A program made the translations under genes and the position numbers. 64,000 bases of DNA from Octopus bimaculoides (lineage: Eukaryota), in the NCBI RefSeq assembly GCF_001194135.2, contig NC_068990.1, forward strand, positions 81,732,233 to 81,796,232. Direction: 5' to 3'. The notes beneath the pieces were generated by a model. The model was not told the origin of the DNA and did not search any database. It saw nothing but the letters and a program-made list of their open reading frames with translations. Of this stretch, positions 26,889 through 41,755 are shown in pieces. Every line of letters starts with the position of its first letter. The first letter of the stretch is position 1.

Positions 26889-28245
26889 ACATTTTGACAC
26901 ACTAATGTATTATCATTAAAAGTAAAACAAAAACAAACAAATTATTTTCCCCTTTAATACAAGGGTGTATATTAGTAGCCATACCGATTTGGAATTGTGG
27001 TATTCATGCCTTTCTCAAAGGGGTTCAGCTTGCAATTGGTGAAAGTCCACATGAATCTCCTACACCAGTAACTCTTGCAATACAATGGAATGTTAGTCGA
27101 CATTCGTAATAGAAATGCAGCTTTTAGCTGGAGGTTTACATACCTTTTCTTTTAATTAAGATCTGTTTAGTTAATTGCTGTGCTTTTAATTAGGATAAGT
27201 ATTACTAATATCTTTGTGTATCATCATATTAAATTTATGGATGTGTACGTGTGCATGCATGCATGTGGGTGGTGGAGAATGTTAACTGGGAACACATGTA
27301 TTTTTTGCTGGTTCCCCTTTTTTGTTCTCCCCATTCTTCTCTTTCCTAATTGTCCTGGTCTTTTCTCTTGAATATGAAGAAGGACTATGTCCTAAATGTA
27401 ATATCTTTCACTTTCTCCATTCATATTGACTATGAATGTGTTGTTCTTTTGTATTTGCTATATATATATATATATGTATGTATGTATATATGTGTTAGAA
27501 GGTTTGGAGGTGATGTACAGGAATTATATATTAGAAAAAATAATAAGCTACTCAGATATCTGGATGGTTGTACATTTACAGATTTTTATGAATATGTCAC
27601 ATGTTTTTGTAAATCATATATTAGCGCTTGCATCTATTCTAGTAGACTCTCCAGATTTATATATATACACATGATGATGGCTGTGAACTTGTGATTGAGG
27701 AAGATCATCACTGACCATTAGGAACATTGTCCACTCAAACAGATTTATACTTTACACTTAGCTGGTGCCTAATGATCTCAGCTCTTGATAAACATACATG
27801 TGTGCATTTATTGCAGATCAAGCTTCCCTCATTCACCTATTTGCAGTGCATTTTTGACTTGATTGCTTTAATTTTGCATACAAAAAAGTGTGTCTTTTTG
27901 AAAATACCCACCCTTTTCTTTACTTGTTACCCTCATTGGTGGCAATGACAAGCATTGCTTTCCTAACTCACCTCCCACATTTCACATGCCTTCAACAAAG
28001 ACTTAACGCAATCCTTCAATTGTTGTCTTGGCTTCCGCTAGGGGTATTTTCTACAAGCAAGTTTGTTATACAGTTTTCCTGGGGTTATATAATAGAAGAC
28101 ACTTGCCCAATGTGCCACATGGTAGGACTGAACTTAAAATCATATAGTGGCTAAACAAACTTCTTTAGAACACAACCATGCCTCTGTGTGTGTATATGTG
28201 TGTATACATGTATATATATGTTTATATATGCATGTCTATGCATAT

Positions 28246-28452
28246 CTTTTATCTTTTGCTTGTTTTGGTCATTTGACTGTGGCCATGCTGGGGCACTGCT
28301 TTGAAGATTTTTAGTTGAACTAATCGACCTCAGTACTTACAATTTTTTAAAAGTCTGGTACTTATTCTATTGGCCTCTTTTGCTGAACCAGGGATGTAAC
28401 AAACCAACACTGGATGACAAGTGGTGGGGGACAAACACACACACACACACAC
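28246..28452 (-). mobile_element. Family B SINE 3' half
   Basis: catttgactgtggccatgctggggcactgc...tacttattctattggcctctttt...gacaaacac matches the 34139 copy. Further degenerate head fragments lie at ~40-150, ~28050-28180 and ~30450-30540. Confidence 0.7.
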
Positions 28453-29479
28453 GTATTTTCTTCTAATTCTATCTTTATCTTATAGTATTGCTACTGTCTT
28501 GGTGTTGTCCACTATTTCATTTTTATTCTTATTTTATACTTATCCAACCACCCCCTTGATATCAACAACTATGATGCTTGACAGTCACATAATGAAAGAA
28601 TGCACCTGTTGATGCAAATCTGATGAAGTGTCTCTCTAATGTATCAAACCTCAAATACTATGTAATCTTTCACATTGAACTTTTATGTGCAGTGGTGCTA
28701 AAAACAGAGGTACTAAGACAATAGTAGTCAGTCATTAAAGATGTGCTAAAGTCTGTCTCTTTCTCTTGATACAGTTACACACACACACACACACACACAT
28801 TAAAAGCGTTAATCAACATCAAATATATTGGAGATCAATATTTGTACCGGAACTCATAGAAATTAACCCAAACTTGAAGCCAACTAATTTTTTTGTAAAT
28901 AACTCATTGTAATTTTAAAGTGATATGGAAAATTTTTTTTTTTTAATGAAATACAATTTCATTTTTTCTTTTAATTTTTTCATGTGTGTGTGTGTGTGAT
29001 ACATATAGCGTGCAACACTATAAGCATTTGGATATATTAACCTCTTTACTTGTAATACTAATAATAGTGATTTCTAAAAGAACTGCAAAATATATCTCAA
29101 AATATATCTGTACCTCTCATCACCTTACTTAAAGACATAACCCTCTTTCCCTTATCTTTCACTTTTTGGGTTTTCTTTTTATTCTTGCCGCCAGAAAAAA
29201 GTTGTATCCAGTGTACTTTGTAAATTGATTGGTATTTGGAAGGGCATCCAGCTATAGAAACCGTACTTAAACTGAGACACTGGAGCATAGTGTTGTTCTC
29301 TGATTAGTTAGACCTTGTTGAACTGTACAACCTATTGCAGCTTGAAAAATGAACATAAACGAAGGGAAGATATTCATGCATGCATGAATATGTATGTATG
29401 TATGCATGTATACATACATACGTGCATGCATACATAATATATACATACATGTGTGTATGTTTGTTAACTAACCATTAGT

Positions 29480-30350
29480 GCTAGTACCACAATAACATGC
29501 ATCCAGTACATTTTGTACATAAAGTAGAGAAGGCATTCTATTCATGCTGAAGGTGTGACAACCTCTCTAATGCTGGTGCCAAACAAAATGCCCCCAGGCT
29601 AATACTGATATCAAATTTTCTCTGTCATTTCCAAAACTCAAGCTATTTACTTCTTTTTGTGCATCTCTTTTACCCTTGTAACAGTTTATGATGATACCCC
29701 TACAATTCTGTTCTCTGTGTGTGACTAGCACATGATCTATCTTGTCATATATTTTTAGCATTTCTGTGACTGTGCCTGATGGTCCAGGTGCTTTCCCTAC
29801 CGTCATACCCTTTACCATACTGCTGTTAACTTGTATGGTTAATCCCTATACTTAGGTCCACATTAAATATGCCCTCTTTATTCCTTGCAGTCTCTTCATT
29901 CAACAATCTCTCACAATAATATGTGTGTGCCTCTTTCTTTTCAGTATTATCAGTAAAGCAAATGCACGACTGTTGTTCAGCATACATTTCTCATTAATGA
30001 TGTTCCAATTTCCTTAGTAAACAATCTCGCAAACTAGAACACTTCTCACAGATTGCTTCTCTAGCTTGTTTCTTCTCCAGCTACATGGTACTGACCTTTC
30101 ATACCCTCTTTCTTTCTACTGTCCAGACCTGTTGATTTGTTCTTCTAGCTCATCATTGTTTCTTCTGTCTGGATGTGGCCTATATCCAGCCCTCAATCTG
30201 ATCTGTAGCCTTGTTGTTTTGTAAAAACTGCTAACTTACTTCTACTTTCTGTCATAAACATCAACTAGAACTTCTCTGAATCTATGAGCTCTTTCACTTT
30301 TTATGTTTTATTTTCCCAAATTGTCTTTTACTTTTGTGTCCATCTAACTC
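29480..30350 (-). mobile_element. RTE-clade LINE fragment
   Basis: ORF 29567-29818 contains GKAPGPSGTVTEMLK and IINCYKGKRDA, the N-terminal RT region of RTE elements. The degraded linker region continues to ~30300. Confidence 0.7.
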
Positions 30351-31803
30351 TTATTCAGAAGTCACTCTTTACTAATCTATATGGGGCAGTAATCTTTGAT
30401 TTATATATATAAGACATGACCAAGTAGTTAAGAAGTGTGTTGTAGTCATGAAGTCCTGGTGGCAAATGTCTTTTGTCATAATCTCGACTCAGCTCAAGTC
30501 TTGTGAGTGAAATTGGGTAGATGGAAATTGTGAAAGCTGTTGGATTAGCAATGCTTGTAATTGAAAGAGCCAACCTAGTCACACACTGTGTCTGGCTGAG
30601 AGATGCATAAAAGGTCTGAGTTGTCTTGGTGAAAACTGAAAGAAGACCATCAAACATATAGATGATTAATTTGCTGTTAATAATAAACAATTATTAACTT
30701 CCCAATCTCCATTTTCTTTTTCTTCTTTTATAAATATATATGTATGTATAATCATAAATATATATACACAAATACACACAATAATACATTTGCTCAAAGA
30801 ATTCCAGAATATTCTAGGTACAACCAATGCAACTGTTAATTTCCGTCATTGAATATCTTGGACTACATTGTCAAATATGCTTTCTTTTTTATGAAATGGA
30901 TAGATTTGACTATTACTTCTTGCAGGTAGAAGCTCTAACCCTGTTAATGCTAATGAGTTCACATACAAATGTGAAGCAATTTATTGAAACAAACATTTCA
31001 ATGTAGAAAAAGTGTATGGAACAAAAATGACATTCTAATTTGATTTTACTGCATATGATTCTGTATTTCATTGCTGCACAGAAATAATTTTTTTTATTTC
31101 TTTGAACTGTTTAATAATGTGCAGCAATTTTATTGCCTTCTTTTTTAGAGTACATATTTCATTTTTGTCTATTTTGTTACTGTTTGATTGATGTCTAAAT
31201 TTTAATATTTACATTAAATATTAGAGATGGTGTTTTATGATGCATTGATATATATTATCTAGCTACAACTATTTATCCATGGATTATGGAATAACTTGGG
31301 TTTATTAAAAAAGAAGGGGTTTCTTAATACCAGCTTCTACAGGCAAGCTGCTTGTAAATGTCTGTTCATGCTCTATAGAACAGCCCTACCAACCAGATCC
31401 AAGACTGCCAATATACAAAATGAAATATTACATGTACTCAGCCATGATGCAGGTGATAAGTGTCAACACTATCAAGCAACTCCAAAGGATGCTAATGGAT
31501 AAAGCTACCTAGCATCCTTTGCCACACGTTGGTTTGATAATATAACCACAGAGAACATTCTCAACTAGCCAACAGTAATTGTTTTTTAAAACTGTCATTC
31601 TTTTTAATTATAGAACAATAGCAGCAATCTGTCAAGTGATTGGTTGGGAGGGATTGAATATACATTTAGTACTCAAGGCCCTTTCGACTTGGCCTATGCT
31701 GCTGCATCAACAGTTTACTGGCCTAACATAGTTTTATCATATAATTTGTTAATTGCAGAGGGTGCATTGCTAATTAAGCAGTTGCTACATTAAACATGTT
31801 TAA

Positions 31804-32006
31804 CCCTTTAGCATTTGAACCAGCCTTAACAGGCTCGAATACTCTGCCTGTTTTGTTTTCAAACCAGCCAAATCTGGCTTCATACGTCTACCTTACACAT
31901 CATTGAAGTCTTAAATCTGCAAGATAATGCATGATTAATTCAGAACGATAGGGATATACGAATAGATAAGCACCACTTTTCACTGAGTTATCTGTACGCT
32001 GAAAGG
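31804..32006. mobile_element. piggyBac-like (TTAA) MITE
   Basis: Left ttaa|ccctttagcatt (31800); right tacgctgaaagg|ttag, a decayed aatgctaaaggg|ttaa. Confidence 0.6.
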
Positions 32007-33606
32007 TTAGACAAATACTTGCTTTAAAAAAAATAAAATTGGAGGAATCCCATAGTAATGTTCGTCATGGGTAAAGGTTGCTAGCATTGTGCCCAAAATT
32101 AGGAACATTTTTATTATTGTTATTATTAAATGTAGTTACTAGTATTTATAAGCTCAGTCACAGAACTGAAGGTAAACTATTTGGATTTGCTTGTGTTATA
32201 TTACTTACAAAAACTTCTGTTTATTCCCTTCCAGCTCTGTGTTCAACTTAAATTAGATGTTGGGTAGTAAAAAAAAAAAAAGTGCTATAACATTAAGTAG
32301 GCATTGTAAGTGTTATGTGTCTGTTGTCTCAACCAGTTATGTGTATCTATCTGTTAATAGATTTGATAAAGTGGAGAAGGGTTTAAGGTAGTGTATTGTC
32401 TATGATAGAAGTTTGAACCTTAATTCTTCTGGCACCACGCATGGTTCATATCTTGTAGTTTGAGCAGAAATCTTTAAAATCGATAACTATATAAAAAAAT
32501 AAATGTAAAATATTTTAGAATTTCTGGTTGTTTTCAGAATAGATAATGTGCAGCATTATTAATGATAGATTTAAAATAAAAAGTACAACCTTTTGTTAAA
32601 ATATCGAATGTGTTTTATTTGCTTAACAATATTGTTTTAATACCATAAAACAAAATAAAAGATTAAAGATTTGGGATTAACAGTCAGGTTTTAGCTATTT
32701 TCTCGTGATATGAACATTATCCATAATTATTGACTTAGATGTTTTCTAGTACTTAATCTTATTTATAAATTTACATAGGATAATGCATAATTAACGAGCT
32801 TTCTGTGTTCTTAGTGTATGCAGGTGTCTACTAATAATCCCTTAAGGAATGTGAGATTGTGATAGTTAGCAAATGAAGCCCCCTACTGACTCTTTTGTTC
32901 TTTTTATTAGTTACTGGAACTGTTATGACTGATTCATGATTGGATTCCTTTAATAATATTGTCATAACAATGCCAACATTATGGTATTCTAGTTTTCCCT
33001 TTGAATAAGAAAGTAAAAAGAAAAAAAGTGATAATTGCTGAAGAATTGAAATGAAAATTTCTAACTACTTGAGTGTTGTCAGGGCAAAAAATATAAGTAC
33101 TGGTTTTAGAGTTGTTTAGTCTCAGATCAGCTCTAATTGGGCAGGCCTATGCATGTACGAAACATTCAAGCTGTGACAATCATCTAAACAATTTCCTAAA
33201 TAAATTTATCTAAAATTCTTAGGGGAAGGGAAGAAGTCTGAAAAAGTAATAGATGGTAATTAAAACTAGTTGTTGTTGTTTAGTCTCAGGTTAAACCAGA
33301 TCTAGCTGAGCTGTGATGAAAGGCTTGCCAACTATCTTCTTTATAAAGGCAGTGTACCTAGGAGTACATCATCCAGTGTTTCATATCTATTTTTAATGTG
33401 GTAAAGTCATGAATTTGAGGAAATTTTGCTTACATTTCTAACAGGTTGACTGACCCCATTGTGACTTGTTTAAAAGGAGTTTACAAAGACTTGGAAATAG
33501 ACTATATAGCAGACAGGCTGTGCACAGTATCTATTGTGTAAGTTATAAAGTAAAAGTAGGCCATAAATGTTGTGAAGTTTTAAAGGCTGAAAAACATTGG
33601 AGTATA

Positions 33607-33886
33607 TCATCATCATCATCATTTAACGTCCACTTTCCATGCTAGCATGGGTTGGACGATTTGACTGAGGACTGGTGAAACCAGATGGCTACACCAGGCT
33701 CCAATCTGGTTTGGCAGAGTTTCTACAGCTGGATGCCCTTCCTAACACCAACCACTCCGAGAGTGTAGTGGGTGCTTTTACGTGCCACCGGCACGAAGGC
33801 CAGTCAGGCGGTACTGGCAACGGCCACGCTCAAATGGTGTATTTTATGTGCCACCCGCACAAGAGCCAGTCCAGGGGCACTGGCAA
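33607..33886 (-). mobile_element. Family A retroposon copy
   Basis: Near-identical to 7137-7411; yields the same spurious ORF. Confidence 0.88.
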
Positions 33887-34138
33887 TCACTTTATATCCA
33901 GATGCACAGACCAAAGTAATGTGATGGTATACTTATTATATCAAGCTCATTGCTGTAATAAATATAAAGCATTGATTATAGGTGTTAACTCTTAAGGTTC
34001 TTTCTTTTAACAGTGAACCGTACTTTGAAATTGACTTCTGAAATGTTACACCTTGGGACTCTTTACTGGTAGTCTTTCTCAGGAGTTAACAATGTAGTTT
34101 TATCTTTTGTATAAACAACATTATCAAAAAAAAAAAAA

Positions 34139-34516
34139 CTCTTTTATACTCTTTTACTTGTTTCAGTCATTTGACTGTGGCCATGCTGGAGCACCGCCTT
34201 TTAGCTGAGCTAATCGACCCCAGCACTTATTCCTTGTAAGCCTAGTACTTATTCTATCGGTCTCTTTTGCCGAACTGCTAAGTTACAGAGATGTAAACAC
34301 ACCAGCATCGGTCGTCAAGCGAAGTTAGGGGGACAAACACAGACACACACAAACACACATATATATATATATATATATGTATATATCTACAACGGGCTTC
34401 TTTCATTTTCCGTCTACCAAATCCACTCACAAGGCTTTGGTCAGCCCGAGGCTATAGTAGAAGACAATTGCCCAAGGAACCATGTGGTTGGTAAGCAAGC
34501 TACTTACCACACAGCC
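34139..34516 (-). mobile_element. Family B tRNA-derived SINE (CORE-like), B-box deleted
   Basis: On the minus strand the head is tggctgtgtggtaagtagcttgc (A-box). It carries a MIR/CORE-like ccttgggcaa motif, an internal (TA)/(CA) tract and an (aagagt)-type tail. Relative to the 53.5 kb copy the gtgggactgaaccc segment is missing. Confidence 0.85.
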
Positions 34517-36649
34517 AAAAAAGTGTATTTTTTTTTTTTTTTAAGAAAAACTAGAAATGATTTTTTATGGTTTCCTCAGAAAGAGAAAGATAGTTATTTC
34601 AACCTTTCTCTCGGCTTGTTACAATTGTAAGAGGGAATTTTTAATCTGGCCTGTAGATCTGGCTCAAATGCTTGCAGCAGAGTAGGTTTTGCTGAAGACA
34701 TAAGAATCAGGCTGTGGTGCAACAAATTTATATTGCTAAATACTAGGAATAGTCTTCTGCTAAGTTTCTCCCTACTAGAGTTCACTCATAAAGATTTGGC
34801 TGCCATGACGTTACAATAGGAAGCACTTATCCAAGGTTCTGTAGGATTGGATCAAAAATATAGTTGTTATAATTTTGAAGTATGGGGAAAATTACTTTAT
34901 TTTATCATTTCTTCGCTTCTTAAATTGGTTTATCTTTGTGCTGTGGATTATCTTTGAGATCAAAACTTTTGCTACTATTTATAATCTTATCTGTTAAAAT
35001 ATGTAAGATTACACGTTAAAAGTCATGAGAGAACTCTGAAACAACAAGAGAAGCATTCTTAATTAATAATAGTGACCTTGCTTAACCCAGACTAAACATA
35101 CTAAGTTAAAACAGTGATAAAAATCTCATTACATGAATGACAGTGTAATATATCAGTTGATCTATAAAAATATATAAAATGACAAGATATGTTACTAAAC
35201 TTTTTACTGAACCATACCAAAATTTTGATTATATTGAAAATACATTAAAGCTTATTTACAAATTACTCATTTGAAATATAGCCATGAAAGGGGTTAGTAA
35301 TTCAGAATACTTCAAATGTTAAAAATAATCTAATTTTGAATACTGGAAAATGGTGCAAATATTTCCAATATGTAAAAGTTTATGTTTAAATATAAAAGTT
35401 TACCCAATTTTTTTTAAAGTTTATTATGTAATGATTTCTGAATGAGTATGTCATCTAGCTGTCACCATTCCATCCTTTTTTGGGGACTACATAATCTAAT
35501 ATATCTTCCCTTCTTTTTGGAGTTTTTTTGTGAAGGTAGTGGGGTGTTATTTGAGGGATATATGGCTGCTATTTTTGCCAGGCTGAATACCAGGCAGTAT
35601 TTACTTTATTGGTTTGTTGTTTTGTTGGCATTTAGTTCCAAGTCAGCCTATGATTATAGTCATCGCAACTTTTTAGGGATGTGTAGAATTAAATTATTTG
35701 TGCTCTATCCTTGCATACGGCAGCAGGAGAATTTGTTGCTACTTATAGCAGTCAAGTGACCAGTATTATAAAGGCTGCTTTGTGCTAGGATCACTAGGTA
35801 AGCAAGATGGTGTCAATACATAAAAGATTCTATTATTTGCCAATTTGACACAGATAATTTGAGTTGTAACATGATATAGTTAATTTGATCCATTGCTCCT
35901 CCAGTATAAGCTTACAAATTATGCAGTGAAATCTCTGTCTTATTTCACATTTAAGAACTTAGTGTTAAAAAATAATTATCCCAAATCAAAATACTTGCAC
36001 TAAGAACATGGTCTTTTCTGATGTTCAGTTATTATAGTAGACTTGTTAAAACATTGCACAATCTGCCTTACAATATTTACCTGCTGAATTTATATCCTGC
36101 TGATGTCAACTTTTCTTTTCTTTCTTCTCTGGATCCACAAATTAAACAACTAGTTAGGAATTATTGCTACTTTTAATAGTCTTTGCACTACCTTAAAACT
36201 TGAGTCTCTGTAGTATTTAAAATGATTGCTTATAATGTCATGCAAGTAATATATGTAAGACATCTGATCTTATCTTATCACCATTGCTCATATCATGTTA
36301 TTGTAATTTACATACCTTTCTTTTTTAAAATATGATAAATGATTAAAAATGGCTTTAGTTGCATTCCTTGTCATTCCTTTTACTACCAGCCTATCCTACG
36401 TATGCTACTTTGAAACAAAAATTCTTAGTATTACAATGACATGTAAAAACCTTTTTGTTAAGCCATGTTCCAGATATCAGCAGAATATACCTTTAAAGGA
36501 TGTGACAACCTCTTTACAATCACTCTGGTTGCCAGAAATATGAGTCAAATTAAGTCTTCACTAATGTCCTACAGGGTTGTTGCTTTTTTCTTCTATGAGA
36601 GGGGTCTGGAAGAAAGAGTTGCGCATGTAACTTTCAGAAACCCAGTGAG

Positions 36650-36800
36650 GTCACTGTGACGGACATGATTACTACTTCTTCTGGATCTTGGCTGCTAAGA
36701 ACATCAACCTCTGGAATCTTCTGCCTGCTCATGTCTTTTCTTTGTGTTATTGAATGGCAACTGCTTAAACAGAGCATTTATGACATCGAACTCCCCAGTC
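36650..36800 (+). mobile_element. Possible very old CR1-type 3' end
   Basis: aacatcaacctctggaatcttctgcctgctcatgtc translates to NINLWNLLPAHV, resembling the WNxLP motif at CR1 ORF2 ends. Short match only. Confidence 0.3.
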
Positions 36801-39800
36801 TCAGAGAACCTATGAAGATCAGAGGTACTGCTGCTTCTTCCTGGCCCAGCAAATAAACACGCACCACACACATTGTATTTTGTTTAAAATAAGCTAATGA
36901 AACAGTTAAGTATTTTGTTTTAATTGTCTTACTTTGTTGTAAGATGTTTAAAATTACATTAAAAAAATCAAAATCTGAAGACTAATCTTGTTGGCTGTTC
37001 TAAACAATGTAGTTAACTGTGCTATAATTAGAAAGCTGGATAGTTAGCACAGGCAGGATCTAACAGAATCATTTGACCAAACCTGGGTATTTGTTTTTTA
37101 TTTTATTATGAATACTTCTAAACTAAGATCAATGGGATTTTTTTCAATGACGCAATCACATTCACTGAACTAATATATTCTAAACAGATTACTTTGAGGC
37201 TAACTAGCAATATCTCTGATTAATTAGAATCGAATGTATCAGAAGAGTCAAACGCCTGAAGCTCAGTTTCTGATTTTTCTCATACTCTCTTAATGGTATT
37301 AATGCATAAGATATTTTATATAGGAGGTAGATGAATGTGTTTCTTTCTTCTGTAATTAAAATGAGGTTTTTAAAATGAGAGTAAATAAGCACTATCTTCC
37401 ATTTCTATTGATAATTCAATGCCAAAGATAGGAGACTGTTAGAAAAGGAAGTGTCATCATTAGTTCCTTTGTTGGCAAGAAACAAAAGTCTTTTATCATA
37501 TGGAAATTGACAGCAAAGGATTTTTAAGTAGAATTTTTTTTAGAGAAATAGCTGTAAATTGGGGTAAAAAAAAAAATCAATTATATGGTCCAATATCATT
37601 TTAGAATTATCAATCTTGTAGTAAAACCAACCATAAATATCTTAATATGCATTGCTTAAGTTATTTAACATAAAATATTATTTTATAGTCTTTCCTACTA
37701 AAGTCAGCAGGTTAATATATTGTGATACTAATAGTCCTGTAGGCAGGCAGGCAGTATAAAAGATCTGATGGAGGCTTCATTTATAAAGCAAATGCTTTAT
37801 TATTTTCTATGAATCAAATAGTTTTGCCTAAGATGTTAACGACTGATATCTTTATATTTCAAGGTATAATTTTCCACCACATGTTACACCTTCAGGTTGT
37901 AGAACATGATTCTATTGAGATTTCACTTTTGTATTCATAAAGAAATTCAAAACGGAAATGCTGAGATTTTGCCACTGGTCATTATTTTAGATTATAGAGA
38001 TGCTAAGGATGCTTAATCTTATTCTTATTGATGTTTAGTATTCTGCTATAAGGAATTATCCTTAATACCTTTGAACATAATACTTTATTCTATTGATAAC
38101 AGTGTAAAAGTTAAGGAAATGGACAGAGGTAATGCGGTTTTGTATGCTGGTGATATCTCTAGTTGTAAATTACTTTATCTAACTATTCACTAGAATATCC
38201 AAATAAAAAAAATTAGGAAAAAAAATTTCTTTGAAAATATGCTTTATAATTATAATCACTCTTGCTATCCTGAAAATGAGAAAATAGGAAAGCTTGTTTT
38301 TTTTTTTTCTCTTTTGTAAACAGATATTTAAATCATAATGTTTGAAACAGACTGAAAAAGAGATTAAAAACTATTCTAAAGGTTGTATAAAAGACAGAAA
38401 AAAAAATAGTATAAATACTGTTTGTATTAATTTTTAACTCTAATTTTAATATCTGTTATAGTAACTCAGGTTACTTGAGGTAGTTTCATGTTAAACTCTG
38501 TATGATGATGGCAATAACTGGGAACAGTGACATTAGATTAGTTTGTGTTAACATATTTAATGTATGGTTGAGAAATAGAGTGTGATGTAAGAAACAATAT
38601 TTTCGATGATGTTATTTTCATGGTTCTATCAAATGCAGAAGATAAATCCTGACATGTTACTCTAAGTTTACCAAACAAAGTGTAACCTCCACCGTACGTG
38701 TTTAAGTAGTGATGAAAATCCATTAAGTAAACAAAAACAAGTTTGCTGATGTAGGGAGACAAAATTGTTTGGAATAATTTATTATAAAAAAACCCAAAAA
38801 AACCCCCCCACAAATTTGTATTGCTTAACACCAATTTGGGTATGTATATATATTTATATATATATTGTCCAACCCATGCCAGCATGGAAAAGAGATGTTA
38901 AATGATGGTGATAATGAATACTGATGAATATTTAGTACCTTGTTTTCTATCTGTATGTGTCTAGTATCAAAAATGTTATCTCAATCTGCTCTTAATGTTA
39001 TCTCTGTCAACACTTGAATGTTTATCTTACTTTTAAATAACAGCTACATCAGCTGTTTTGCTTACTCTTTTGACTATGACTCACATACACCACCTGCAAG
39101 AATATTCTCAACATAAATATACACTTGACTAATCAAGTTACACGTTAAGCTCTTTACACTAATTTATATTAAACAATTAATGCTTTGACGTTGCCAAGGT
39201 AATGAAGCATTATCAATGCGAGAAAAATGACTTGTTAAAATTAGAGTGCAAATTAATTGCTACATATGAATTGTAGAGCTTGCAATGAAATGATTAGATG
39301 AAATTTAGGAATTTTTTTTTTTTGTTCTCGCAAAACATTTAAAGAAAAGAGAAGCCCCTGGAGTGACTGATCAAATCATGCTTGGAAAATTAACATAATT
39401 TATTACTGGTAAGGAGTACAGTAACATATAATATTTATTTTTCACTCTATTTCATGTGTATGAAATAGTGATAAATCAATGTTTTATTTGCATTTATCTA
39501 TTTACAAAAAAAGGTTTCCTAATTAATTTTTCTCTTTAAAAATAATCAGTGGTAATATTTAAAAAAAGAAATGAAGTTTCATATTGATTGACTTGTTGCC
39601 TGCAGAGCAATAAAGATTATCATGAATTATTTATTTATTCTATTTGTTTTTAAAATTTATATCTGATCTTTAGTGAAGGCTTTTTTTAATAAACATCCAC
39701 ACTTATATAATATTTAATTGATAATCACCAAGTTAAATTGTTGTTTAGCTCCAGGTTAATTGTAATTCTAATTGTACATACCTGTGGTCAAAAGCATTCC

Positions 39801-41534
39801 ATTGTTTTTTTAAGGCGTATATAAGACTACATTGTCCTTCATTTCCAACAGTAAGGTGTAATTTGAGGGAGATTTGGCTACTCTTCATAGGTAGTCTAAC
39901 AACCACAAAATGACTATCTTGCCATATCAACCCTCATATGTTTCCTTATCAGATCTCAGTTCTTCATTACATAAGATTTTGGTCTTGTAGAAATTTCTGT
40001 ACATTGATAACCAGTGACACTGTAGATTCTGCTGAAGAAAATCAAAAGTCAGGTTTCACTCTTTAGGCTTGAAGGTGGATGACAAGTAATTTACTCATTG
40101 GTGACTGAGGTGAGGTCTTAAAAGATGGAAAGACTAATGTCAACACAAATGTACTGGGAAGCATTCTAATTATGTGAGTGACTATGTTGTGAAGACCACA
40201 AAGTACTCAGGTAGCTTGCTAGAAATATTAGATAACTTATTTCACTTTAATGACTTAATAAGTGCCAAAGCTGGAGATGATGATTTAGATTCCTAAAGGA
40301 TGAGATTACATTTGTAATGAAGGGTTTCTCTCTGTGCTCAGAAATAAAGGAGTGAGAAATTTCATGTTAGAGAAGTATGGACAGCAAATGCAAAGTATTT
40401 AGTGATTTCAGTGAAACAATTTTTTATTAATTTCCCTGAAGAAGTGGATTCTTCTGAGATTAAAAAATGTGGATAACTAGGTGAAATTGTAACATCAGTT
40501 AACACTCAATTTGAATTGCTTGAGAGAAGAAAGTTGGTGAGTTCTAAAGGAATTAACTCAACAGAAAAACTGAGAAGAGCTTCCAGTATTGAAAAATACT
40601 TACTGGTAATTTTTCTTCTCTTGTTTATGTTTTCATAGAAAGAGCAAGCTTCCCTCAATTAGCTACATTAGTCTTAAATTGAATTTAAAATATTTTTACC
40701 GATATGTATTTACTAGCTGATCCATAATGTCAGTATCAAATAATTGAATGATAGTAATATTGAAGTCATAGGAAACCAAGGATATTAAGTTAGCTGAAAA
40801 AGTCAAATGATTGCTGGTTGAATGGATGAAGAATTTAATTATAATAGAAGGATTTCAAATAAGATAGAATGAACTTTAAAATAAATATATTTTAAAGCTA
40901 TTAAAATAGCAAACAATTACGTAATTTGTGATCAGTATTGTAAGAAAAATAAAAGATGTTTTAATGAACAAATTAGTGGAGCTATTTAAAAACCGAGATT
41001 TGTTATTTAAATGAAGACAAGACAGCATGGTAGAAATGTGTTGATGTATAATTATATCATAGAAAACGAATTTACGTCTGTGTAATCACGTTATCTTGGC
41101 CATCTTCCCACTGATGTCATGACATCAAGGTTTTAAATAAAGTTGTTGCCATAGCTGATAAATTATTCAAGTATTGAGGTAACTCTTTGATATCAGGTGT
41201 AGAAAGAAATTATTTTAAGGAGTGTAGGACTTTAGACCACACTGTTAATATTTGCTCAAGTGACTGAACGTAAATTCTATTAATACCTATGTAGATTCTT
41301 TGTTTTAAATTTGGTAGCCATGGAACAATAAGAAAGAAGAAAACAGCCTGATATTTTCTCATAACTATCACTAATGTTTTATAGCCTGTTTGTGTGTTAT
41401 AAGCTTTCTCAAAATAGGAAAATATTCATATGCAGTTGGTAAACATTAATCATTGTATAAATATGCACATAAACTAAAATATACCTGCAATATATACACG
41501 TTAAATCAAAGTGTCTAATGACGAATGTTCTTAA

Positions 41535-41755
41535 CCCTTTTGATACTAACCCACCTGAGGCTACCACCATGTTTCTTTTATATAAACTGCTTGTTTAAAG
41601 TGTTGAAGAATTACATTAAAACCATCCGTTAATATTTTCTACCAGAACCTTTCTGTTTGTGTTATAAATGTTATCTTAATGCAATATTTAATTTATAAAG
41701 TTAATCGGTTGAAGCATAAACATCATATTTCTTTTGAGATATGATCACAGAAGGG
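41535..41755. mobile_element. piggyBac-like (TTAA) MITE
   Basis: ttaa|cccttttg at 41531 and cagaaggg|ttaa at 41756-41759: CCC/GGG termini with a TTAA duplication. Confidence 0.7.

Noticed and set aside
31342-31512. Candidate second exon after ctacAG (phase-1 frame open for ~56 codons)
   Set aside because: Runs into a stop without a convincing donor, and the peptide resembles no domain I recognise.
40490-40535. Candidate micro-exon ending at TTG|GTGAGT (VNTQFELLERRKL)
   Set aside because: The upstream acceptor lacks a pyrimidine tract and the peptide is unrecognisable.
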